A stretch of 64,000 nucleotides of DNA. Origin: Podarcis vaucheri (lineage: Eukaryota). Positions 48,107 through 61,185 of this stretch are shown here, piece by piece (the first letter of the stretch is position 1; each line of letters begins with the position of its first letter). The notes under the pieces were generated by a model, which was not told where the DNA came from, did no database searches, and was given only the letters and a program-made list of their open reading frames with translations. A program made the translations under genes and the position numbers. The stretch is taken from assembly GCA_965113315.1 (NCBI GenBank), contig OZ220372.1. One strand, written 5' to 3'.

Positions 48107-51100
48107 CACTTTATCACCATGGAAGCTGCAAAATCACACTTTTCAAGACAGATCTCTGTGCCATATGGAAGGACGGCTCTGTTTCACAACAAACAGAAAA
48201 CAAATAAACAGTTACTTAAGATGTCAAACAATTTTACTAATTGTTTTAGCTGTCCCTGCTGTTCCTTGTTTCACAGTTACAGTAAAGAATGGAAGATTAG
48301 CACATAGGTTAGGGAGGAGCAGCCATAGTTGTAGATATGTACTTTGCATGTAGATTCAGTCCCTGTTACTTCTTCATTTACTGACAGACATATATAATCC
48401 ATATTTTTTCAGCCCCTTTTCCTAAGACCTGGTCTAGATTTGCCATGCAATGAAGAAAATGTAAAAAGAACATAGAAGAGCTGCTGGATCAGGACAAAGG
48501 CCCGTCTTGTTCAGCATCCTGCTCTCACAATGAAAACGCAGGTGCCTAAGGGAAGCTTCTGAACAGGATCTGAGTGCATCAGCACTCTTCCTCACTCATG
48601 CTCATCAGAAACCAGTAATTCCGTGGCCTACACCTTCTTCTGTTGGAGGCAGCAAACAGACATTGTGACTAGCAGCCATTGATAACTTAATTTCCCATGT
48701 ATTTGTCTAATCCCCCCTCAGTAAAATACTGAGGTTCTAGAGTGAATTCTACAACAAGTTGGGATGCTGTTAAAAAGTTTCCCTGACCACCATTTTACTG
48801 CCACCACAATGTTCAATATCTTGCATCATTCCAAGGTACAGTAGTGGGCACTGGCCACCACCAAAAGAAGGAAACAAGCAGAGAATAATTGGCGAGAATT
48901 CTGCAAACTTTGTATTCTTCCAAGTCTTTAATTCTGGTCATATTTTTATGTGCATTTTAGATCTTGACATTAATTCCCCGCCCCCATTCCTGGTTCTCAA
49001 GCTATTATCTACACTAATCTCATGCTGCTTGTTTGTTTTGGTGTTTTGTTTTGTTTGTTTTTAAAAGCTGTGTTGTTTTACTTTATGTTGGGCTCTGACT
49101 CTTTAAGGAAGACAATGTTGTGATTGTTTTATTTAATTGCATTTGTGTGTTTCACTGCTAAATTGTCAACTGCCCAGGGTACCTTGGTTGTCTGGTCTAG
49201 AAATTTAAATCAATCAATGAGTGATTTATTTTTTTAAATTGCCTTGGCCAAGTCTTTGCCCATTAAGTCAAGACATGTGCCTTGGCATGTGGCTGGATGC
49301 CAGAAAGAAAATAACATTGCTGGCGAAATTCAGCTATGTTCTGCAAGTGGTTTTACAAACTGAGATTCTATTTTTGTGAGATGTTGCTTTCGGTCAACAA
49401 ATAATACACCATTGATTATGCCCCGCCATCTACATTGCATTTTCTTTGCACTGAAATGAGTGGGATGGGATAATGTAATGATAACATACTTTACACAATT
49501 TACATAATTATTTATGTAAATTATATAATTTCACCACAGCAGGCAGTGAGATGAATGGCAGAAGATGAACTGCAGAGTGGCAGAAACAGTATTGCATGTG
49601 TTGAATACAGGCAAACAGAAGAGTATGGTTTCTTAAGGCCCTACACACAAATTGTACTCTCATTTTGTTGTAGAGCAAGGGTGCATACACTTTGTATGCA
49701 CAACTACTTCCTCAGCTGAGCTGCCTTTTCTCCCCACTGGCTTGATGAGGAAAGCAACATTCACAGCTCTGAGTGACTCTTCACTTTCTGAACATAGCAG
49801 CTCTACTTGCCCAGGGCATGGCTTTGTAAAACTGGACACATTATGGTAATTGATAGAGGAAGCAAAGGTGAAGGCAAGTGCTGTCTGAGCAGCCATCTTT
49901 TTCTTAGAGGGGTAAATAGAATAATGGTGCTTCTGGCAGAAAGGAGCATTGCTCAGGCTTGCAATAGGTCAAAAGAAAGGGTTCAGTTCTTCAAAGAATA
50001 TATAGCTACCTGATCTAGTAGCCTGGCAACCATTTATTTTTTAAGCCCCTGTCTACATGTGCATACACGTTTCCTTACCTGATAATTTCCACATTTTATG
50101 TGATCGTTCACACAATGTAAAAGTTACTTTGGAAAAGCTAGAAAAATTAGTGCTCATTTCAGTCTTATGTGCTTCTCCAAATTGCAAGCCCACGAACACA
50201 GCTTGCAAGTCCACAGACACAAAAAATCACAATAGGTTGTTTTTTTTCCTGTTGTATTTTCATGCAATGAAATTGCTGATGAATATTTCAGCCAGTCTTC
50301 TGGCATAAATTGCTCTTTTGGTTTGTTGTTTTTATTTGGGTTATTAATTTGTATGCATTGCAACAACTAATAGTTTGAAAAAGCTGCCTTTGAATCAAGA
50401 TTCAGTCATTTATGGAATATTAACAGAACAAATTTAAGATGTAGTTCCATTGTTTCTAGAGTCTGCATCTTTGGAATTCTATCACATTTTATCTTATTGT
50501 ACACCACTTTGAAGGGTTCTGGTTTTGATGTGGTTTATAAATCTTTAAAACAACAACAACCTGTACTTCCCCCCACTGATAATTCTGTTAGCTGTCCTTT
50601 TAGTTGAAGGTGTAAATTAGAAATCATGTAAATGAATAAGTAAAATCTATTTGATGTCGTTGTTAACCCTTCAAAACAGTGTATAAGATATTTTTGAAAC
50701 TCTATCCAACAATAAGCAATGTGGGCATTTTATGATCCAAAGGAAATATCTGTCTAGTAATAATAACAGTATTGCACTCAAGCATAGAATGGACAATGCT
50801 CTAATTTGTTTCATACCATTTGCAAGCAGAACTTGTCCAGCTGGCAGCACCCTCCTTAATGCAAAATGTCATTCATATTTAACCCTATTCCCCCCCCCCA
50901 ATCTTGGATCAATACTGCACCAGAATTTTTGACAACTGATATGAATTAATTTCAATAGACACAATAGTTGTCATACCCCTGTTTGTACTCAGAAGAAATG
51001 GACACTGCTTCAGCATTTGACGGGAAGCAGCAAATATAGAAAATTATAGCCAGCTTCCCAAATAACACAGTATATGATTTCCCACACAAGCTAATAAATA

Positions 51101-54100
51101 ACTGCCATTTATGGTTTAAATGCATTGACAAAATTGTTTCAAGCATGGGACATTTAGTTCACTGTGTGACTGTAAACTCACTCAATTACACATGACTTTG
51201 ATTAAATGGACTTATTACATCTTGGTATGTTGTGTACTGCTTGTGCCAATGTGGGATGTGTTCGGAATATGTGGTGTGTACACACAGAGAGACTCATGTT
51301 GCATTTCTAAGACTATTTTCCTTTATTTTCCACATATTTAGTCTTCTCTGATCAGGTTCCTTCATCACCAATATGGGCAATGAGACAAAAAAGAATGGCA
51401 GTATGTTTAAGAATTATGTCTAGCCATAAAATTAGCCAGTTACTATAGAAGGTAATTTTAAAAATAGTTAGCCTTTTATGTATATTTAGATGTGTGTTGA
51501 TTTAAACTTAGTGGCTATTTTTTAATTTAGAGAAATTGCAGGCGCATTTGAACTTGAGCCTCCAGAAGGTATTTAAAATGCCTTGTTTGACCACAGATTA
51601 GAGAGGTGGATGGTTGTGAAGGAATTTGAGAAATCAAACAGAGATTCTTCTCTTTGGGAAAGAGAAGCCTTCTGGAGTGCTGTAGTGCTACTCACTAGAC
51701 CATTTATTTAGTGGGACATTGTGCTTTTAAAAGGCCTTTGCCAAACCACCCACAAAAGTTAGCAGGATTTATGAGAAGAAAGCTATGAGGTTCCTACCTC
51801 TTGGAGCCACGTGAATAATCTACCCTTGTGAAACAGCCTTACAGGTACATACAGTGCTGTGTTTGATTTCTTTTCCTGTTGGCATGTTTGCTCAGGACAG
51901 GCATTCTTCCCACTAAATGTTGTTGGGTTTTTTTTACCAACTTTATGCAAATGACACCAACACATTTGCAAGCACAGATGACCATAACATTCCTGGGAGT
52001 ATTGGTACAAGCATCTATTGTGTTTGCTTTAATGGGCTGAGGATTGGGAAGCGAATTGAACTCAAAAAATGAAATTTTCATCCAGAGAGGAACAAGCCAA
52101 CCAGAAAATATATCTCCAGATTTGAAAATTGTTTATGCCATAAAGTTTATGGAGAATAATCTTTGCAGGGTGAATAGGTCTATTCAGATGTTACTTATTG
52201 AACAGAAATTGGTGAAGGGGTTGACATACAGCAGTTATATTGTCTGGTCATCTCATGTAAAATAGCTAAACTGTGTGGTGTGCCCAGATTCTGATGGCAT
52301 CCTGCAGCCCTGCTTTCTGCAGTTGAGCTATGGGTCATGTACATAGGTTGCAGTCAATAGCACAATGAAATACAATGGGTCATAGCACAGAGGGAGAGCA
52401 AGTGATTTGTATGCAGAAGGGTCCAGGATCAATCCCTGCCATCATTTCCCAGCCTTAGCCTTTGATCTCAAATCCCTGAGAGCCATTGCTAGGCATTGTG
52501 GGCAATATAGAGCAAAGGGACCAGTGTCCTGACTTAATATATTGCAGCTCCAATGCTATCCTAAATTAGATAAAATATAGCTAGCTGCCTTTGTCTCCTG
52601 GGTTTTAAAATAAATGTTAAAATAAATCATTTTACTGCAGTTTCAGATAACCGGTCCTCACCCCACCACCCCAATAACTGCTGGTGTTTCAGTCAATAGG
52701 CAATGATAATACGGTGGAACTGGTGTGTCTGAGAAGGCCAACAGGCAGTGGTCTCCTCCACAACCTCTATTTATTGCACCAGTTAGATTTTTTTGCTTCC
52801 TTCCCCTTGAGTAGCAGCTGATTGCAGAACCATTATTCGTTAGATCCCTTTTGACATGAGCTGCATCCTTTAGAACCAATACACAGAGCATATATAAATG
52901 ACATGAGTTGCTGACTTTCTGTGTGAGTGGGGCACAGATGCAAGTGAATAAATAAGGTTTATGCCCGAGTTAGGTGCCCAAAAGATAAAGGGGATAATAT
53001 ACAAGGAATGTCTGGCTAATAATTAAATGGTTGCAGTCTTCAAACATCCAGACCCTTTCTGGTGCATCTTATTGAAGATTGGATTTTGTAAACTGGTGGT
53101 GTTCTTATGCTCAGTTCAGAGACTGTTCAGAACTAGCAAAGTGTTGCTGTAATAGTTTCTTCTCCCTGGTTCTGGGAAGCAGAATCACTATATTGTCATT
53201 TGTTCAGGTAGGACTACGCACATTTTGAGACGTATACCTGGATTTTACTCTAGCATATATTTTTCTAATTTGGCCTCATTGATATTTTGCCTTTTTGTTG
53301 TCTACTAGGGGTTTACTAGGGGTCTTAGTAGACGACAAGCTTAACATGAGTCAACAGTGGGATGCAGCAGCAAAAGAAATTAGTGCTCTTGGGGTCTCTT
53401 CCAACTCTTCAATTCTATGATTCTATGGACACATGGGCATATTGCAGAAATGTGTTAGAATGTGTGTAGGGCAGGGGTCAGAGCCTGCCACTGAGATGAT
53501 GCCCTCAACCTTAAGTTCTATGAACACATGACACCCCAGTCCCCACCTTTAAGAGGGCTTCATTCTTTTTTAATTCCTTCTGCCAGGGAAGGACCATTCG
53601 CACCCTCCCTTGGCAGTGTTCCAGGCACAGCCTATGCACCTGCACCCACAGCTCAACTTGTGGAAATCCTGTACACATTCTAGTTTCACCATAATAGAAA
53701 CAAGGAAGACTTAACTTTCAAGTAATGAAGACAGTCTTCCATTCTGTCAGTTAAATCAATATTAGAATGGAAGTTATTTACTGTTGCTTCCATAGAGATT
53801 TATCACTGCTGCTGTCACAATTGACATCACTTGTCATGATGAAGACCACCTCCAGCACCGGGCTCAGAAATGCCAATTTCACAGTTCATGCACAGTGACA
53901 ACTGCTTCAAGCTCAATAAAATGAAATATTGCTGCAGTTTGGTGTTTTGTTTTGTTTTTTTAAAAAATGTCGGATGTACTTATCTTTGAAAGATAACTCA
54001 AAAACAGTCAGGGAGAGGAATATGGACTAATTTTTAAAGTGTCTTCCATCCATACTATCCCAACGGCCGATTAACTTGAGCCAAATTTTCTCACACAGAA

Positions 54101-57100
54101 CTTCTGTAAATGCAGGGTTTCTTCGGGGATGTCTTCATCTGTGCACTGGGAATGCATATGCAGAGCGGCTCAGCAAGCCAGGAGAAAAAGTGGAATGCCA
54201 TCGCTAGATCAAGGGGGGAAAGAATGTTAAGGGCATCAGAAGAGGTGCTGTTAAAGGGATGCCCAGAGAGCCTGACCTCTCTGAGTCTTTTATGCACCAG
54301 CCTCAGATCTCTTCCCTCTTCTCTGCTTTTTTGGGAATTGAAAAATAATGTTTTACTTTGCTTTCAGGTCAGCTGGGCATGCTGCAGAAGTGCAGTGCCA
54401 GTGAGACTGCAGCCTCCACCCGCACCTTAATTTCCACAGAGGCACTCTACACATTTATGCAGATTTGTCCTATGAGCTGGTGCCTTTAATATCTAGCAAT
54501 GCCCCTGAGCATGAAACAGAATGATGGAATGGGGAGAAATTCAATTCACTTTCCATTTAAAAGTGAACCTACCTAACTTACACTTTCTCTAACAATACAC
54601 AATATACTTCTCCCAGTTTTGCAATGCAATATCCAGCAAAGTCATATGTACAATGAAGCATATAAGGTTTTTAAAAAATGCTTTAAAATGCATATATTAG
54701 AGAAAGCAACATACATAACTCATCATACTGTATTAGGAAAAAAATGTTTTGTGAAAATGTGTATTAGGCAAAATAGCATACAAAAAACTATATATTAGGA
54801 GAAATTTGTTGATGAATTTTCATGAGGTTATCATCACTATCATCATTGTCAAAGGTGAATATGTGGAGAACTGAATTTACGATTGGGAAAATGAGAATCT
54901 GAAACCAAAATCGGCAGATTCACACATCCCTAGAGGAGAACACCAGCAAACAGTGAAGGGATTCAAATTCAAGGATGCAAGGCAGAGCTAGGCAAAGTCA
55001 AGAGATGAGAGAGCAAGCAGGTTTGAGCCACATTCTGAAAGACTGTAGCTTATTAGAAGTTTCTTTTAATAGGGTTGCTGTGAGGCTGGAGCCTGGAATT
55101 AGGAAACTCAAGAGGTCTCAGGTGAGCTTTCCAAATCTGTTAAAAGTAAATACACAAGATTGTAGCCAGAGATGTAGCAACAACATTTCATTTTTAGTAC
55201 CAAACTACTAGATATTATGTCATTCTGTCTCCTTGTTGTATGCCCTAGATCGTCCATGGAAAAGCACATGAATTTATATTGGGAGGAGGGTAAGAAACTA
55301 CAAATGAAATTTTTATGAAGTAGTGTTGGAAAGTATAAATATGCTTCTTGTTTCTCATTTTCAATGAACCTTCTACAATTATCAAGATAAAAGCATTCCT
55401 AGTGGAATATAGAACCATCATAATTTGACAGCAACTGTACATTTTTTACACTATCAGCCTAGAACACTTATTCATTTCTTCAAACATAAATGAAAAATGA
55501 AGATGATGTTTAGTTGCAGTTTCTGTTATCTCTTGCTCCTGTTTATATTATTAATTTATTATCTGTATATTATTGGCAGTATTAATGTACTGCTATAATA
55601 AGAAATAAAAAAAAATAAAAATCTGTAAAACAAAACAAAAGCAAAACAAGGTACACCTTACATGCATTAAAGCTGCAAGCGGTCAGGGGGAAGGGGACCC
55701 TCATGAGGGGAACTGCAATGAGGACCGAAGATTTAAAAGTAGTGTTTTAAAAGTGTGACTGTATTTTTCAACTGTATCTCCAAAGCAAAACTGTTATAGT
55801 GAGCAAGAGTTTTCTATCATGCTTTGCACCAGCATGTCCCACCCTGATGCATGCCATATATTTTTGAACTCCCACCATCCCCAGGCTGCATGGCCAATGG
55901 TCAGATATCTGTTTATTACTTAGAAAAGTATTGATGTACTGCCATCTCATGTAAAAAAAACAAGGCAGTGTACAACAAAATGCACAAATACAATAAAACA
56001 TAACGTACCATCAAAACAATACAAAAGAATCATTAACAAAATTTAACCTGACTTTTGGCATAAAATAGAGAATGTGCCTGCAAAAATCTCCCCTGGAAGA
56101 GCATTCCATAGCATGAGACAGGCAACACTAAATGCATGACCTGGTTGAGGACACTTGGGCCTCTGTAACAACTAAGAGTTCTCCTCCGGGTGTTCTCAGT
56201 GATCAAGCTGGAATATAAGGGCTGGACCTAAACTGTTAATATGAGAACCTTGAACCTGGATTGGTAGCCTGCTGGCAGCCAGTACAGGTGATTTAGAAAG
56301 GGGTTGTACGCTGTCTGCCATTTCTTCCTATGAGAAGTCTAACTGCTGCATTCTACCCTAGCTGGAGCTTCTGGAGGAGGTCCAAGGGTAGCCCCACACA
56401 GAGCACATTGCAGTAATCCAGTCTTGAGGTCAGCAGTGCACTGACTACCATGGCTAGGCTATCTCCATCCAGAGGACGCTGTAGCTGGCATGCCACGTGA
56501 AGCTGATAAGAAGGACGATGCACATTTTAGTCCAAGTCACCTAGAAGGCACCAGGTTGGGGACACCTGCTTTATTGGGCGGGTGTGTGTGCGCAAAGTTG
56601 ACTTATTCATAATGATCAAATCAACCACAAAAATAACAAAAAACTCACACCGGGGGAAACAGCAGTGAATGACAGATTTCTAATTTAAAAAAAAACTGCA
56701 AAGGAAAAGCTGATCTGGATGGCTGGGGAAATGATTGGAAATATCTCACATGGTAATACAGCAAAGGCATTGTATGAAAAAGAGCTCCTTGTCATAAACC
56801 CACCTACTGATAGGTCTTCCATTGACAAGAAGAGCAAAGGGGAAAAGACTCACTGAACTGAAATGGAGCTGTGCAATAGTAGTCTCTTTTGTTGTTCTTA
56901 CTGGCTACAATGCATAGCACTACAGGAATCCTCTGTGCTCACAGAACTCGGTAGATCACTTTAGTAGTTCACTTTAGTAGCACACTTTATCATGACCCGG
57001 CCCCAAGGCTGGGATGGCCTTCTTTCCTACAGCTGTCTTTGCCCCTCTTATATTGCAGCCCCCAATAACTTTGACTTAGTAGCTCTTAGGGTTGGAGCTC

Positions 57101-58090
57101 CATATGCACATCAAATCCTATAGGGAACCTATGGCCCTCCATCTGCATTGGCCATGCATGCTGGGGCTAATAGGAGTTGGAGTTCAGCAACATCTGGAGG
57201 GCAAAGGTTCTCCACATCTTCCTTGTAGGTTACAGAATTGTCTGCGTTTCTGCAGCTGTCACATATCTAAGCCTCCTCTGTGCTGAATATGAAGACCAAA
57301 AAGAACCCTAAAGTATAATACGATGGATAATGCAAAACAGAAAGGCTACTCCCGTAATTCAAACTGAATACTGGGGAATGAACCTAAAGATAAAATTGAA
57401 TTGGTGCATCATTTCAATATAATGAATCACGGTAGGACCATACATGGTGACTGAGATCAAGACTAGTTTACAGAACTTGAGGTGAACAGAATGAGCATTA
57501 CAGATTTATAGCAGAGCATGTATTTTCATTTTAAATAAGTTGCAAAGGGTATCAACACTACTTTCATACAGTAGAGATTACCACCTTCATTAACAGGAGA
57601 TCTGTCACCAAAACTTTCTTCAAAACAAAACAAACCACCAACCACTGTACAAACACAAACCACCATTACATTTTTAATTTATATGTGGATACGATGGAGT
57701 CAAATTCTTTTGACAATATACTGGCACAGGCCTACAAAACCTTTAAATAATGAAACAGCACTTGCTTTGTTTAGTACATCAGATTTTCCCCCAGAGGGGA
57801 GATGAAAACAACAGAGAAGAGGATTTGGAGCTTGAGAGATGAACAAGAACTTGTTTGCACTTCCTAAAAAAATTCAAACATTCCATCAAACTAGTAGTTG
57901 TATATTGCCTGACTGAACTAGTAAAAACTAGATTGCTTTTGTTTGTTTTATGATTTCCCAGATTGACAATGTCTTTAGTAAAAATCAGGTTGGGTGGAGT
58001 CATTTAGGGAGTGGCACCATTTTTGGGATTCAAGCGATGGGGCCAGCTTCCCTTATAAGGAAGGGGGAAACCTACTGTGGTACATTTGCC

Positions 58091-59247
58091 TTATTGACTT
58101 GGGCTCTGTGAAGTCCATATGCTAATGCTCCGAATGATCAACCATTCCTTTTGGCTTTTGGTAACAAGTATTCTCATACAGTTAATATCAAAAAGAACTT
58201 TGTGCTCCACATTTGTAATTTCAAAGTTTCCATTTTTAAACTCCCCTAGCCGCAAGAAAGTAGTACATTGCCTCCCTTTTTTGCCACCAACAATTTTTTC
58301 CCCAACTTCCAGAGCCCCATGATGCAAGATATCATTTTGCCGGTCTTCTGTCCCAGTGACAACTTTAATTCTGCTAATTTTAATAGGTTTTTCAAAGACG
58401 ATCATATAGAAATCTCCAGTCGAGGGAGCTTTGCCCCAGAAGTACTCGTCGACACTACTATATGCCTTGCTTGCCTCGTAGTTTTCAAATACATTCATGT
58501 TAGTGTGCAGGTTGGCAGGTGGGTTATCAGGAAGGTCAAATGAATCCTCTTCAAAGTCATCATCTTTCAATTTATTCTCAGCACCCTTGTAGGATGAATA
58601 ATATCCCATATGCTGGAAGAGAGATGGTTTGAAACGTATCACATCCTTTTGAGCCAACAGCCCACGGAAATGTATCAGCAGCCAGTCACAAGGCATCTCC
58701 TGGTAGAACATCAGCAAGAAATGAGCCAGGCGAGGGAGATCATGGGAATGGTACAACTTCCCAATGTAGCCCAACTTTGAAAATTCTAACGTCACCCAGT
58801 ATGTTCCTTCTCGTGAGGTTATGACTTTCTTAACAACAGTCAAGAAGTTTTTTGCACACCGAACATCATCTTCTAGCATCACATAATAATCAGAAAGGTT
58901 AGCACAAAAGTTAAGCAAGAAAGCATAATCTACATTTTGCTTGGAACGAAATTTCACTCGGTCCTCTGGGTCATTATAATTTCTCTTAAGGCCATCCAAT
59001 ACAGGATAGTATTCTTCAGGCGTATGGATCACCATTAATCTCCCAGCAATCACATGATGGGCAAATTTCTGTGAAATATCCTGAACCATCCCATCACACC
59101 AGGATGAATCAAACTCGGCCAGGTGGACCACTACTGCAATTTCCTTCAGCTCTTCATAACTTGACTGCTCAAAGATGGACTTGATTGTCTCCAGCAAATA
59201 ATTCCCCTTTTTCCTTTTGACAGAGGACAGTCCAATAGTAAGATATC
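58091..59247 (-). CDS. MGAT4C: MGAT4C last coding exon (GT54 N-acetylglucosaminyltransferase catalytic and C-terminal domains)
   Basis: ttttcag|GA TAT CTT ACT ATT GGA... = (R)[25 protein letters not shown]...MLEDDV...WTSQSPSQ*. Contains the 368-aa ORF in the track and the EDD motif. Confidence 0.97.
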
Positions 59248-59264
59248 CTGAAAAGGAGAAGCAA

Positions 59265-59316
<52 letters not shown>
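59265..59316. repeat. (AAT)n microsatellite next to the MGAT4C last-exon acceptor
   Basis: Direct reading. Confidence 0.95.
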
Positions 59317-61037
59317 TTTAAAAATAGAGACTACAAATATTGTCAGAACATGGGAACATAAAGAAGGGCCTACTGGATCAGGCTGATAGCCCATCTAGTC
59401 CGGCATTCTGTTTTCAAAGTGGCCCACCAGCTGCCTGTGGGAAACCTACAAGCAGGCTCCAAGCACCACAGCACCCTCTCCTCTTATGGTTTCCAACAGC
59501 TGGTATTCAGAATCATTACTTCCTCCAGCTGTGGAGTCAGAGCATAGCCATCATGACTGGTCTCACCTTTTATCTCTACAAGATAAAAGCAGAGTTGCTG
59601 TTTTATTCAAAATAAGTTACCTGAATCACAAAGGCCATGGGAAATATATGGCCAACAGGCCTTTTGCCTTTCTCCCCTTTTAGATAGCAGATCCCACCCC
59701 AATATCACATCATAAATGGCTTTTGAAACTACCTAGTTTTGTGTGTCTGGTGGGTGGGTGGGAGAGATTTTTTTTTTTACAAAGTAAAAGCTCTCCTGAA
59801 TGCATATAATTGTGAATATTTTTGATTGCTTTAAGGATAATATATATTGGCTAATCTTGATACCTTTTCTCCAGAAAGATGTATTGGGAGCACATAGAGG
59901 CTATTGCATTAAACATCAGTTGTTAACTGCAGGAAGTAGTGTGAGATGTGAACTAAAAAGCCAGGAGGCATGTGTACAAAGATGCTGGCAGGAAAACAAT
60001 ATATTTACAATATTAATGCTATACACTCTGTTTGGGGAATGGGAATTTTAACGTTATGGCTCACAAACTGTTTACAATTCCATCCATTAGGGAATAAATG
60101 GCAAATTAATGTCTCCCCTCCCCCTTTTGTACTTAAAAAGGAAATAAAGCAAGGACTCTGATCCAGTCATACTCATGCATTTTAAATTGTATTGGTGTCA
60201 GTGGGAGAATTAAGCTCTGCTGAAGTCTTCACTGTTTAACTCAATGCTCCTGAAATATTCTGAACCATAGCTAGATAAATAGATTTTAAAAATAGCTTAA
60301 AAAATAGATTTTGGGTTGGTCGGAGAAAATTGATCCATATTCATTTTGTATGGGTATTCAAAGACTAAAAAAACAGGCATTTTCTGAAACAACGTGTGAA
60401 CCAGAACACAGCTATCCTTTGAAATTGTGCTGTTCTGAATTTTGCAATGCAGTTCTCACCCCATGTAGCGTGTACAAAAATGTAAATACAATGGTAAAGT
60501 GTGCATATAGATACATATATTAGTGAAAATAATGTACAAAAACACATCACATTAGGGAAAAAGCACTTTGCAAAAATGTGTATATTATGGAAAAATGCAT
60601 ATAAAATGTGCATAGTAAGAGAAATTCACATCAAACAAATGTTGAATTAATTTCTCATGAGGTGTTTAAAAATAAATAAATCACAAACTGGTGTAGACAT
60701 GTGGAGAACTGACCTAAAGGAAAAATGAGAAACTGAAATTGACATATTTGCTCATCACTAACACCACCTAAGTATCAATTCTATGCCCTTCCTAAAACTG
60801 TGCCACAACTTAGGGGGTTATGAAGCCTCTTCCTTTTCGTGTTCATGCACTCTGCACATATGACATACACATTCTGTGGGAAAGTAAAGTTTATCAATTG
60901 AATACTGAGTTAAAGCTTCTTTCTTCCAACTCTACTAAGCAGCAACATCCAACTTGCAGTTTTTTCTCTGCTTGCTGCAATTAGGTCAGATAAAAATCTT
61001 GCTTTACTTAATGAAATCGAAATGTTCAGATACTTAC

Positions 61038-61185
61038 TTTTTCTTAGCAAAGGTGTGCCAGCCAGATAGCGGTAGGAAACATTTATTGATCCTGAGAAAT
61101 TGGACAGATCTTTAAATGTGTGAACGTATCGCTCTGAGTTTAATTGATGTGTGGCTGTTTCTCTGATTAACTGTTTGTCTCCATC
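61038..61185 (-). CDS. MGAT4C: MGAT4C penultimate coding exon
   Basis: ctag|[49 protein letters not shown]+A|gtaagt. 148 nt, phase-compatible with the last exon. No ATG/TM exon was found in the window. Confidence 0.95.

Noticed and set aside
48900-52300. Repeat-poor stretch as an enhancer or lncRNA
   Set aside because: Cannot be supported without conservation or expression data.
55200-58090. MGAT4C poly(A) site
   Set aside because: Several AATAAA/ATTAAA candidates exist on the minus strand and none can be singled out.
58091-59197. ORF-track start at 59197 as the MGAT4C start codon
   Set aside because: It is an internal TTG. The exon begins at the acceptor at 59247.
19133-59394. ORFs with poly-I, poly-L, poly-Y, (CV)n or (HT)n runs
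   Set aside because: These are translations of microsatellites.
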